DNA from: Acidobacteriota bacterium | GTDB taxonomy: Bacteria > Acidobacteriota > Thermoanaerobaculia > Multivoradales > J023 | Reading direction: 5' to 3' | Length of the DNA stretch: 58,602 nt | NCBI GenBank assembly: GCA_029263355.1 | Contig: JAJCXQ010000425.1 | Location: 1 to 58,602, forward strand | Shown here: positions 27,197 through 36,013 of the stretch, piece after piece | How positions within the stretch are numbered: position 1 is the stretch's first letter | Layout: each line of letters opens with the position of its first letter | The notes under the pieces: model-generated | The model's input: only the letters and a program-made list of their open reading frames with translations | What the model was told of the DNA's origin: nothing | The model's database searches: none | Position numbers and translations under genes: made by a program

Positions 27197-28812
27197 ACAC
27201 CATGCAGATCAAGACCCTGTCTCGCAACGACTCCCATCCGATAGGCGTGATCGGCGGCGGCCTGGGTGGCCTGGCGGCGGCCTGTACCCTGGCGGCGCGC
27301 GGTCATCGCGTCACTCTGTTCGAGAAGAATCCGTGGCTTGGCGGCAAGGCCGCGGTGCTCGAAGAGGAGGGTTTCCGGTTCGACATGGGGCCAACCATCC
27401 TCACCGTGCCGCGAGTGTTGCGGCGCATCTTTGCGGAGGCGGACCGGGACCTCGAGAGTGAGCTCGATTTGGTGCGGCTCGATCCCCAGTGGCGCTGTTT
27501 CTTCGAAGACGGCGGGGTGCTCGACTTGAAAGAGGACGTCGAAGAGATGGCCAGCGTTCTCGATGGCGCCACCGGTGGCCACGACGGCGCCAGCAACCGT
27601 GATGGCGCCGGCTACCGCGATCTCATCCGCCTGTCGCAGCAGTTGCACGAGATCTCCGAGCGTTTCTTCTTCTGGAAATCGGTGGAGAGCATTCGGGACA
27701 CTCTCGATCTCAGAGGCTCGTTCAATGTCTCGACCCTACTCGACGTGCTGCGTCTGCGTATGGGCCAGACCGTGGCCGGCACCATCCGTCGCCGTATCCG
27801 CGACCCGCGGGTGGCACAGATGCTCGACCATTTCACCCAATATGTTGGCTCCTCGCCGTACCAGTCGCCAGCAGTGTTGTGCGGCATCGCCCACATGCAG
27901 CTCGACGGCGGCGTCTGGTACCCGCGGGGCGGCACCGGCGCGGTGCCGGCGAGCCTCGAGAAGCTGGCGAGGAGCCTCGGGGTCGAGATTCGCACCGGCT
28001 GCGGGGTGAGTCGCATCCTGACCGAAGAGGATCGGGTTGTCGGGGTGGAAACCGAGCACGGAGAGCGTGTGGCGCTGTCCGCAGCGGTCTCCAATATGGA
28101 CTCGGTGCGGACCTACCGGGAGCTCCTCGGTGGCCGTGCGGCGAAGCGTTTTGCCGCCGGGAGATCCTATGCTCCGGCGTGCTCGGGGGTGGTGTTATAC
28201 CTTGGGCTGGACCGCGCCTACGACCACTTGCTGCACCACAACTTCGTTTTCTCCGCCGACCCGAAACAAGAGTTCGAGTACATTTACCGCAAGGGCGAGC
28301 CGGCTCCTGATCCCAGCTGTTATGTGGCGGCGCCGGCGCGGACTGAGCCCGAGGTGGCGCCGCCGGGCGGCGAGGCGCTCTACGTGTTGGTTCACACACC
28401 CTATTTGAGGCCCGGTCATGACTGGTCGCAGATGCTGCCCGCCTACCGCCAGGCGATCCTCGACAAACTCAGCAGCACCGCCGGCCTGGAAGACCTCGAG
28501 CAGCGCATTGTTTTCGAGCAGGTGCTGACCCCGCAGGACATTCATGACCGTTACCACGTGCTCAACGGCGCGATCTACGGCCTCGCCAGCCACGGTCGTT
28601 TCATGGGGGCGTTCAAGCCGGGCAACCGCAGTCGCCACGTCGCCGGGCTCTACCTGGCCGGCGGTTCGGCACATCCCGGGCCGGGAATGCCAATGGTCCT
28701 GATGTCGGGCTGGATCGCCGCCGATTCGCTCGACCAGGACCGGGGCGCGATCGGGAGAAATTCAGAGGCGCAGCAAGTAGAGGCCGGCAGTGAACGATCG
28801 AGAGCGGCCTGA
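27193..28812 (+). CDS. Phytoene desaturase family protein (CrtP/CrtNb-like carotenoid oxidase)
   Basis: Motifs GGGLGG, FDMGPTILT, HFTQYVGSSP, GAIYGLASHG and AHPGPGMPMVLMSG. Confidence 0.9.
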   Translation: MNTMQIKTLSRNDSHPIGVIGGGLGGLAAACTLAARGHRVTLFEKNPWLGGKAAVLEEEGFRFDMGPTILTVPRVLRRIFAEADRDLESELDLVRLDPQWRCFFEDGGVLDLKEDVEEMASVLDGATGGHDGASNRDGAGYRDLIRLSQQLHEISERFFFWKSVESIRDTLDLRGSFNVSTLLDVLRLRMGQTVAGTIRRRIRDPRVAQMLDHFTQYVGSSPYQSPAVLCGIAHMQLDGGVWYPRGGTGAVPASLEKLARSLGVEIRTGCGVSRILTEEDRVVGVETEHGERVALSAAVSNMDSVRTYRELLGGRAAKRFAAGRSYAPACSGVVLYLGLDRAYDHLLHHNFVFSADPKQEFEYIYRKGEPAPDPSCYVAAPARTEPEVAPPGGEALYVLVHTPYLRPGHDWSQMLPAYRQAILDKLSSTAGLEDLEQRIVFEQVLTPQDIHDRYHVLNGAIYGLASHGRFMGAFKPGNRSRHVAGLYLAGGSAHPGPGMPMVLMSGWIAADSLDQDRGAIGRNSEAQQVEAGSERSRAA

Positions 28813-29657
28813 TGAGTGTCCGTAAGACGGCGGCGACGGCGACCCCAGCGGCGGCTCCCGACTTCTCGCCGTTCGGCTACCGGCTCTTCGTTCGCTACTT
28901 ACGCAGCTACTTCGCGCGAAACTTCACCGCCGTCAGGACCTCCGGCCTCGGCTCGCCGCCGCTCGAATCACTGCCGCCGCTCAACCCACTGCCGCCGCTC
29001 GACCCACTGCCGCTGATCGTCTACTCCAACCATCCCTCATGGTGGGACCCGATCCACTTTGGGCTCCTGGCCTCCTATCTGCATCCCGAGCTCCGGGTTT
29101 ACGGCCCGATGGACTCTGCGGCGCTCGAGAAGTACCGCTTCTTCAAGAAGCTCGGTGTTTTCGGTGTCGACCGCTCGCGGCGCGGGGCAGCGGCTTTCCT
29201 GCGTACCTCCCTGGCCGCCCTGGCTCAGCCCAGGGCGAGTCTTTGGATGACGGCCGAGGGCCAATTCACCGATCCGCGGCAGCGTCCGGTCCACATCCTT
29301 CCGGGGGTCGCACATCTGGCGCGGCGGCTCGACGCCGGCTGGATCGTGCCGTTGGCGCTCGAGTATCCGTTCTGGAACGAGCGCCGGCCCGAGGCGCTGT
29401 CGCGCTTTGGCCGGCCCATCTGCCTGGCGCGTCAGCCCGTGCGCTCGACCCGCGACTGGACCAGCTTTCTCGAGGAGCGTCTTGTGGAAGCTCTCGAGGC
29501 CCTCGCGAGTGACGCCAGCAGCCGCGATACCGAGCGCTTCGTCACCCTGCAGACGGGTGGTGTGGGGGTCGGCGGCGTCTACGATTTGTGGCGCCGGGGC
29601 AAGGCCCTGATGCAAGGCCGGCATTTCGACGCCGCCCATGGGGATGGTGCGTCGTGA
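28812..29657 (+). CDS. Lysophospholipid acyltransferase family protein (putative carotenoid acyltransferase)
   Basis: NHPSWWD (HX4D) and AEG motifs; translationally coupled within the cluster. Confidence 0.88.
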   Translation: MSVRKTAATATPAAAPDFSPFGYRLFVRYLRSYFARNFTAVRTSGLGSPPLESLPPLNPLPPLDPLPLIVYSNHPSWWDPIHFGLLASYLHPELRVYGPMDSAALEKYRFFKKLGVFGVDRSRRGAAAFLRTSLAALAQPRASLWMTAEGQFTDPRQRPVHILPGVAHLARRLDAGWIVPLALEYPFWNERRPEALSRFGRPICLARQPVRSTRDWTSFLEERLVEALEALASDASSRDTERFVTLQTGGVGVGGVYDLWRRGKALMQGRHFDAAHGDGAS

Positions 29658-30799
29658 TCCTCGAGCTATTGGCGTTGACCGCGTTGGTCCTCGCCGCGAT
29701 CCCGGCCACCTTGGTGGTGATCAACCTGCTGTTTTATCGTGCTCCGCGGATCTATCGGGCTCCGGGGAAGTCTAGAGAGGGGGGGCGTCCGGCGGTCTCG
29801 GTTCTGATTCCGGCGCGCGACGAAGAGCGTTCGATCGGTGCTTGTGTCGAAGCCGCACTGGCGAGCGAGGGTGTCGACCTCGAAGTGGTAGTCATGGACG
29901 ACCACTCGGGTGACGCGACGGCCACCATCGTGCGCGCCCTGGCCGAGCACGATGCACGCTTGCGCCTGGAGACGGCGCCGCCGCTGCCGGCCGGCTGGAA
30001 CGGTAAGCAACACGCCTGTGCAGCGCTGGCGGGGGTCGCGACCCAGCCGCTGCTGGCGTTCGTTGATGCCGATGTGCGTCTAGCGCCGGACGGCCTGCGG
30101 CGGATGGTGGATCAACTCGAGCACCGCAGCGTCGAGCTGGTGAGCGGTATTCCGTGGCAGCAAACCCAAACCCTGGCGGAGAAATTGGTGGTGCCGTTGA
30201 TCCACTTCGTGTTGCTTGGCTTTCTGCCGATGCCGGGCATGCGCTGGTCGAAGCACCCGGCCTTCGCCGCCGGCTGTGGCCAGCTGTTTGTGGCGCGGCG
30301 CCAGGCCTACCGCGCGACGGGCGGTCATGGCGCCATCCGCGGCTCGCGTCACGACGGGATCGCGTTGCCGCGGGTGTTTCGGCGGGCGGGATTCGGTACC
30401 GACCTCGCCGACGCCACTTCCGTCGCCGAATGCCGCATGTACCGCAACGCCCGCGAAGTCTTCGACGGCTTCGCCAAGAACGCAACCGAAGGTATGGCGG
30501 CGCCAGCGGCGATCGGACCTTGGACGCTACTATTGCTCGGCGGTCAGACGCTGCCACCGATTATCCTGGCGGTCGCCGCTGGGGTCGGGTCGCCGCCGAC
30601 GGTAGGTTATGCGGCCGCCGCCATCGTTCTGGCCTTCGGAACCCGACTGCTGTTGACCGCCCGTTTCCGGCAATCATGGTTGGGCGCGGTGCTGCATCCC
30701 CTCGGGGTTTTGTTGGTGGTGGCCATCCAATGGACCGCCTGGTGGCGGGCGCGGCACAGCCTGGTGACCGTCTGGAAGGGTCGCGCCCATGTGCCTTGA
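29654..30799 (+). CDS. GT2 glycosyltransferase (CrtQ-like)
   Basis: Motifs VSVLIPARDE, DDHSGD, GWNGKQHAC, FVDAD, CGQ and CRMY; GTGA overlap. Confidence 0.9.
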   Translation: MILELLALTALVLAAIPATLVVINLLFYRAPRIYRAPGKSREGGRPAVSVLIPARDEERSIGACVEAALASEGVDLEVVVMDDHSGDATATIVRALAEHDARLRLETAPPLPAGWNGKQHACAALAGVATQPLLAFVDADVRLAPDGLRRMVDQLEHRSVELVSGIPWQQTQTLAEKLVVPLIHFVLLGFLPMPGMRWSKHPAFAAGCGQLFVARRQAYRATGGHGAIRGSRHDGIALPRVFRRAGFGTDLADATSVAECRMYRNAREVFDGFAKNATEGMAAPAAIGPWTLLLLGGQTLPPIILAVAAGVGSPPTVGYAAAAIVLAFGTRLLLTARFRQSWLGAVLHPLGVLLVVAIQWTAWWRARHSLVTVWKGRAHVP

Positions 30800-30824
30800 T
30801 CCCAACTTGGCAGGACGCGAAGAA

Positions 30825-31010
30825 GCCACCTGTTGGGAGCACCGTCGTCTCGCCGGCTCCCGTCCGTTCTGTCCTGCATGCCTGGCCGCCACCTGCTGGG
30901 AGCGCCGGCGTCTCGCCGGCTCCGTTCCGTCCTGCATGCCTGGTCGCCACCTGCTGGGAGCGCCGGCGTCTCGCCGGCTCCGTTCCGTCCTGCATGCCTG
31001 GCAGCCACCT
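30825..31010 (+). repeat. Tandem REP-like palindromic repeat (3 full units of 63/58/58 bp plus a partial)
   Basis: Units start at 30825, 30888, 30946 and 31004. The core GGAGCGCCGGCGTCTCGCCGGCTCC forms a hairpin, and there are no unique spacers. Confidence 0.9.
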
Positions 31011-31035
31011 TCGGTAGGAAAAGTGGTCTGAGAAC

Positions 31036-31476
31036 ATGAAGATTTTATTGCTGGTGACTTCGCTGCTGCTAGGCTTGACGGCAAGCGGCCGCGCCCAAGA
31101 GCCGCCGCCGGCCGGTCTGACGATCGAGATTCGCAATCTTGTGGCTTCCGAGGGTGACGTGTTGATCGCCCTCTTCGACTCGGCCGAAGCCTACGACAAG
31201 CGCACACCAGCGCTACGCTCTGTCGTTTTGCCCGTTGACACGGAAGCTCGCGAGTGGCGCGTCGACGATCTGGCGCCAGGAGAGTATGCGGTGGCTGTGT
31301 ATCAGGACCTGAACGGTAACCGGACCCTCGACAAGGGCAGGCTCGGTATTCCCAAAGAGCCCTACGGTTTCTCGAACGGCGCCCAGGCGGCCTTCGGTCC
31401 ACCGTCTTTCGAAAAGGCCCGCTTCAGCTACGACGGCCACAGCGCGAGCCTCGAGATTCGGCTGAGGCAGCGGTAG
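31036..31476 (+). CDS. DUF2141 family secreted protein
   Basis: Signal peptide; PGEYAVAVYQDLNGN..LD and GIPKEPYGFSN. Confidence 0.9.
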   Translation: MKILLLVTSLLLGLTASGRAQEPPPAGLTIEIRNLVASEGDVLIALFDSAEAYDKRTPALRSVVLPVDTEAREWRVDDLAPGEYAVAVYQDLNGNRTLDKGRLGIPKEPYGFSNGAQAAFGPPSFEKARFSYDGHSASLEIRLRQR

Positions 31477-31553
31477 CCGCCGCCATCGCCAGATCGTGGC
31501 GGCAGACGCGGTATGATGCGTCGGCCCCAAACTCTGCGCGAAAGGACGGCCCG

Positions 31554-31844
31554 ATGAGCACCAGCGACGATCGGTTGCAACGCTACTGGCAGCACAATCT
31601 GCGGTACCTCGCCATTCTGCTGTCGATCTGGTTTGTGGTCTCCTACGGGGCCGGCATCCTATTTGTCGATCAGCTCGACTCGATTCGAGTGTTTGGTTTT
31701 GGTCTCGGCTTCTGGTTTGCGCAGCAGGGCTCAATCTACGTCTTCGTGATCCTGATCCTCGTTTACGTCAAGTTGATGAACCGTCTCGACCGGCGTTTCG
31801 ACGTCGACGAGCCAGCAGACGGTGGACCGGAGCGCGGTCGATGA
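31554..31844 (+). CDS. DUF4212 small membrane partner of the solute symporter
   Basis: YWQHNLR and GFWFAQQGSIYVF; ATGA coupling to the symporter. Confidence 0.9.
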   Translation: MSTSDDRLQRYWQHNLRYLAILLSIWFVVSYGAGILFVDQLDSIRVFGFGLGFWFAQQGSIYVFVILILVYVKLMNRLDRRFDVDEPADGGPERGR

Positions 31845-33547
31845 ACGTCGAGGCCTGGACCTTCGTGATGGTGGGGCTGTCCTTTGCCCTCTACATCGGC
31901 GTCGCAATCTGGGCGCGGGCGCGGTCGACGGGGGAGTTCTATGTCGCTGGCGGGCAGGTACCGCCGTTACTCAACGGTATGGCGACCGCCGCCGATTGGA
32001 TGTCGGCGGCGTCGTTCATCTCGATGGCGGGTTTGATCTCCTTCATGGGACGCGACGGCTCGGTGTATCTCATGGGTTGGACCGGCGGCTACGTGTTGCT
32101 CGCTTTGTTACTCGCGCCCTACCTGCGCAAGTTCGGCAAATACACCGTGCCCGACTTCGTAGGGGATCGTTATTATTCACAGACCGCCCGCTTCGTCGCG
32201 GTCGTCTGCGCCCTCTTCGTCTCCTTCACCTACGTTGCCGGGCAGATGCGTGGGGTTGGTATCGTCTTCTCGCGCTTCCTGGGAGTTGATGTGGCGAAGG
32301 GGGTGCTGATCGGCATGGGTATCGTCTTCTTCTACGCCGTGCTCGGCGGTATGAAAGGCATCACCTACACCCAGGTGGCGCAATACTGTGTTCTGATCTT
32401 CGCCTATCTGGTGCCGGCGGTGTTCATCTCGCTGCTGATGACCGGCAACGTGATTCCGCAGATCGGCTTCGGCGACCAGTTGGCGGACGGCTCCGGCGTG
32501 TATCTGCTCGACAAACTCGACGGGCTGAGCCAGGAGTTTGGCTTCGGTACCTACACCGCGGGCCACAAGTCGACTCTCGATGTGTTTTTTATCACTGCCG
32601 CGCTCATGGTCGGCACCGCGGGTCTGCCGCATGTGATCGTCCGCTTTTACACCGTGCCGCGGGTCGCGGCCGCTCGCAGCTCCGCTGGTTGGGCGTTGTT
32701 GTTCATCGCTCTGCTTTACACCACTGCGCCGACAGTGGCCGCCTTCGCCCGCACCAACTTGCTGACAACAGTGTCCGACCTGCCCTACAGCGAGGTTCCG
32801 ACTTGGTTCAGCAATTGGGAGGAGACTGGCCTCATTCGCTTCGAAGACAAGAATGGCGACGGCAAGATCCAATACCGCGGACCGGCGTCGGACATCCCCA
32901 ACGAGTTGGTGATCGATCGCGACATCATGGTGTTGGCCAACCCCGAGATCGCCCGTCTGCCGAATTGGGTGGTGGGGCTGGTGGCTGCTGGTGGTCTGGC
33001 CGCGGCGTTGTCGACCGCTGCGGGACTGTTACTCGTGATCTCGACCTCAGTCGCCCACGACCTACTCAAGAGGGGGCTGCTGCCGAACATCAGCGAGAAG
33101 AGAGAGTTGATTGCGGCGCGGGTGGCGGCCGGCCTAGCGGTGGTGGTCGCCGGTTATTTCGGCATCAACCCACCCGGTTTCGTCGCCCAAGTTGTCGCTT
33201 TTGCGTTTGGCTTGGCGGCAGCGTCGTTTTTTCCTGCCATCATCCTCGGTATCTTTTCCAAACGCATGAATCGCGAGGGAGCGGTTACCGGCATGGTTGC
33301 CGGTATTACGTTTACCGCCAGCTACATCATCTACTTCAAGTTTCTGCGGCCCGAGCTCAATACCGCCGAACATTGGTGGTGGGGGATCTCGCCGGAAGGC
33401 ATCGGCACCCTCGGTATGTTGCTCAACTTTGTGTTGGCGATAGTGATCTCGCGGTTGACGGCGGCGCCGCCCATCGAGATCCAGCAGCTGGTGGAGCGCA
33501 TCCGGGTGCCGCGGGGGGCCGGCGAGGCGCATGATATTGCGGTGTAG
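31841..33547 (+). CDS. Sodium:solute symporter, ActP-like (cation/acetate)
   Basis: Motifs NGMATAADWMSAASF, PYLRKFGKYTVPDF, GTAGLPHV and VLANPEIA. Confidence 0.92.
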   Translation: MNVEAWTFVMVGLSFALYIGVAIWARARSTGEFYVAGGQVPPLLNGMATAADWMSAASFISMAGLISFMGRDGSVYLMGWTGGYVLLALLLAPYLRKFGKYTVPDFVGDRYYSQTARFVAVVCALFVSFTYVAGQMRGVGIVFSRFLGVDVAKGVLIGMGIVFFYAVLGGMKGITYTQVAQYCVLIFAYLVPAVFISLLMTGNVIPQIGFGDQLADGSGVYLLDKLDGLSQEFGFGTYTAGHKSTLDVFFITAALMVGTAGLPHVIVRFYTVPRVAAARSSAGWALLFIALLYTTAPTVAAFARTNLLTTVSDLPYSEVPTWFSNWEETGLIRFEDKNGDGKIQYRGPASDIPNELVIDRDIMVLANPEIARLPNWVVGLVAAGGLAAALSTAAGLLLVISTSVAHDLLKRGLLPNISEKRELIAARVAAGLAVVVAGYFGINPPGFVAQVVAFAFGLAAASFFPAIILGIFSKRMNREGAVTGMVAGITFTASYIIYFKFLRPELNTAEHWWWGISPEGIGTLGMLLNFVLAIVISRLTAAPPIEIQQLVERIRVPRGAGEAHDIAV

Positions 33548-33575
33548 CGAAGGAATTGCGGTTTAGCGAAGGACT

Positions 33576-34598
33576 CTAGTCCCGCAGCGCCAGAACGCGA
33601 CTAGCGAGCGCTTGGCCGCTCAGGAAGGCGCCCTCGACCCGTGAGCCGGAGCACCAGTCGCCGCAGACGCCGATCCGCAGGCCGGCGTCCCACAGGCAGC
33701 CGGTGTCCAGAGGATTCTCGGCGATCGAATATCTCCAGCGGTGGGTGCGGGCGAAGAGCGGGACCCGGGGCTCGCGGCCGGTGGCGGCGAAGAAGGCGGT
33801 GAGGAGCGCGTCGCCGACGTCTTCGTCGTGGTCCTCCAGGTGCCGGGTCGACCACTCGGGCGAGCCATGGAGCACCCAGCATTCAGCCTTCGGTCGGCCC
33901 GGCTTGGAGCCGTTGCGGGCGATCCACGACAGTGGAGAGCTCTCGACGAAGGCACCGTCGAACGATAGCTCGAGGGCCTGGTCGAAGACCACCATCATCG
34001 CCCAGCAGGGACGCAAGGTGACGGCGGCGGCACGCGCCCCGAGGTCCGGGGCGCCGGCCAGTAGCGGCTCGGCCTGGGCCGGCGGGGTCGATACGACAAC
34101 GGCGCCGAAGTCGCCGAGAGCGCCGCCGTCGGTGCTCGCCAGACGCCAACGCTCGTCGTGCCGTTCGATCGTCGCGACTCGGGTTCCATAGGCGATGTCC
34201 AAGTCGAGGGTGAGGTGGCGCGCGATGGCGCTCATCCCTGGTACCCCAACGAAGCGCACCGGGCCCCCCTCCTTGAACGTCACTCGGCCGCGGTCGACGA
34301 CAGCGATCCGGCCGTCCCAGCGCGCGGCCACGCCATCGCCTACCCAGGACTCGACGTAGCGTCGGAATCGCGGGTCGCGGGCAGTGAAGTACTGAGCTCC
34401 GTGGTCGAAGCTGAGGGGTTCCGTTTGGCCTTGAATGCCGTGCGGTCTGTCGTGGCGCCGCGTCGACGCCCTACCACCCGGGCCGCGAGCCTTGTCGAAC
34501 ACCGTCACTTCGAGATTGCAGGCCCGGAGGCTATGAGCGACGGTGAGCCCCGAGATGCCGGCGCCGACGACGGCAACCGTGAAATCGGGGTTTGTCAC
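33576..34598 (-). CDS. Renalase-like FAD-dependent oxidoreductase
   Basis: Motifs GAGISG, DKARGPGGRASTRR, FDHGAQYFTAR, HRWRY and CGDWC..RVEGAFLSG. Confidence 0.92.
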   Translation of the reverse strand: MTNPDFTVAVVGAGISGLTVAHSLRACNLEVTVFDKARGPGGRASTRRHDRPHGIQGQTEPLSFDHGAQYFTARDPRFRRYVESWVGDGVAARWDGRIAVVDRGRVTFKEGGPVRFVGVPGMSAIARHLTLDLDIAYGTRVATIERHDERWRLASTDGGALGDFGAVVVSTPPAQAEPLLAGAPDLGARAAAVTLRPCWAMMVVFDQALELSFDGAFVESSPLSWIARNGSKPGRPKAECWVLHGSPEWSTRHLEDHDEDVGDALLTAFFAATGREPRVPLFARTHRWRYSIAENPLDTGCLWDAGLRIGVCGDWCSGSRVEGAFLSGQALASRVLALRD

Positions 34599-34768
34599 GA
34601 GCCTTGCTTGGCTGCGTCGAGCTGCCGGCCGATCTCTTCCGCTTCGGCGGTCAAGGTGGCGAACAGCGGGATTTTGCCCGCACGCTGCGCGTCTCTTGCC
34701 TCCTCGAGCTTGAGTGCGTATTGCTTTTCGAGCTTCTTCGTTGGGTTGGTCTGAAACAGCTTGAACAT
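34595..34768 (-). CDS. Small helical protein (DUF6435-like)
   Basis: MFKLFQTNPTKKLEKQY..LEEARDAQRAG; GGAG SD; GTGA overlap with the oxidoreductase. Confidence 0.75.
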   Translation of the reverse strand: MFKLFQTNPTKKLEKQYALKLEEARDAQRAGKIPLFATLTAEAEEIGRQLDAAKQGS

Positions 34769-35062
34769 CTCGGTCTCCGGAATGAAGATGAGTTGAGTCG
34801 TCATAGATCTCATGGGTATTTTCGCGAGATTTGGAGGAAGAGATTCATCGGTCTGGTGAGCGCTGTCTTCGCTGGGGGTGCGAGAGTGGTTCAAGGCACG
34901 TTTGCGGTGGGACACCGGCGCAGTGGGACACCGGCGCCGTGGGGCTTCATGGGCTGCCTCGAGCAGCCGAGCCGAGGCCGAGCAGAGAGTGCCGAGCAGA
35001 GAGTTGTGCCATGCGCGTCTTGGCATGGTCAAGCGGGGAGATAGTTGTGGTATACATATGAT

Positions 35063-35317
35063 ATGGCGCATCGAACAACACTACTTCTTGACGAAGAAAC
35101 GAGGCAGGCTGCCCGCCACTTGGCGCAGCGATACGATTGTTCTGCTTCTGAAGCGATCCGCCGAGCAGTGATTCGACATCACGATACTGTGTTCGGAGTT
35201 CCGGAGAGCCGAAGACGAGAACGCAGAAGCGTCTTGGAGAGCCTCTTCAGGCTGTTCGATGGGAACGATGCCGAAGGAGAGATTCAGCGCCTCAAAGAAG
35301 AAGATGAAGGCTTCTGA
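35063..35317 (+). CDS. Ribbon-helix-helix antitoxin (VapB-like)
   Basis: RTTLLLDEE...SASEAIRRAV; acidic C-terminus; TGATG coupling to a PIN gene. Confidence 0.8.
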   Translation: MAHRTTLLLDEETRQAARHLAQRYDCSASEAIRRAVIRHHDTVFGVPESRRRERRSVLESLFRLFDGNDAEGEIQRLKEEDEGF

Positions 35318-35703
35318 TGAGGGTTCATTTCGACACCGATTTCCTAGTCTTCGCGCTTTCCAAAACCGGACGGGAGCGACGGCGGCTGGTTGAGTTGGCC
35401 GAGTCAGACTCTGAAATTCAGATGAGCTCTGTCGCTTGGTATGAATTTTCCCGCGGGCCCAGAACTCCGGAGCAGTTGGCAGTTGCCCGCTCGCTCTTTT
35501 CTGGTGATGGTGTGATCCCTTTTTCTGAGGAACTAGCGTCAGAGGCAGCCGATGTGTTCAGGCGGTTGGGCTCACCTCGCAAGCGCGCCGCCGATATAGC
35601 TATTGGTGTGACCGCAGCAACCATGGGTGCTCGGCTACTGACTCGCAACGGTAGAGACTTCGTCGGGATACCGAATCTAGTCATCGAGCCACTGGCGAGC
35701 TAA
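35317..35703 (+). CDS. PIN-domain toxin (VapC family)
   Basis: Motifs FDTDFL, AWYEF, AADIAIG and LLTRNGRDF. Confidence 0.92.
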   Translation: MRVHFDTDFLVFALSKTGRERRRLVELAESDSEIQMSSVAWYEFSRGPRTPEQLAVARSLFSGDGVIPFSEELASEAADVFRRLGSPRKRAADIAIGVTAATMGARLLTRNGRDFVGIPNLVIEPLAS

Positions 35704-36013
35704 TGCCTGAAACACGCGGCTGATCGAAGTAGAGAAGCGGCGGGTACCCTGCGTCAGGAGGACCTGGGTCACATGACGTTCACCTTGGTCGCGCCGTTTT
35801 GCCTCGAGCGCAGCCTCTGTCGCTTTCTCTCTCGCTGAGAAGCGGATGTCAGGTACTCCCCCCGGGTGCCATGCAGGTTTTCGGTGAGGTGATGCACGTC
35901 TTCGTTGTAGGAGACCTTCGGATCTTGGAAGACAACCGGTTGGTTTAGCCCGTGTTATAGAATCTCTGCTAGTTTCAACCTGTAGTGTAGGTAGTTTCCC
36001 GAAGTACTCGCTC

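Noticed and set aside
30825-31010. CRISPR array
   Set aside because: The sequence between the palindromes is near-identical, so there are no unique spacers, and no cas genes are present. It is a tandem REP-like repeat.
34871-34940. tRNA-like start (GGGGGTGCGAGAGTGGTTCAA)
   Set aside because: No T-arm (TTCGA), no acceptor-stem pairing and no CCA; it is followed by simple direct repeats.
34595-35071. 158-aa ORF
   Set aside because: Only the last 57 codons, after a GGAG SD and ATG 34768, look like a real protein. The extension overlaps the vapB start region.
35704-36013. Possible gene remnant between vapC and the permease
   Set aside because: No recognisable motif could be supported in any frame.
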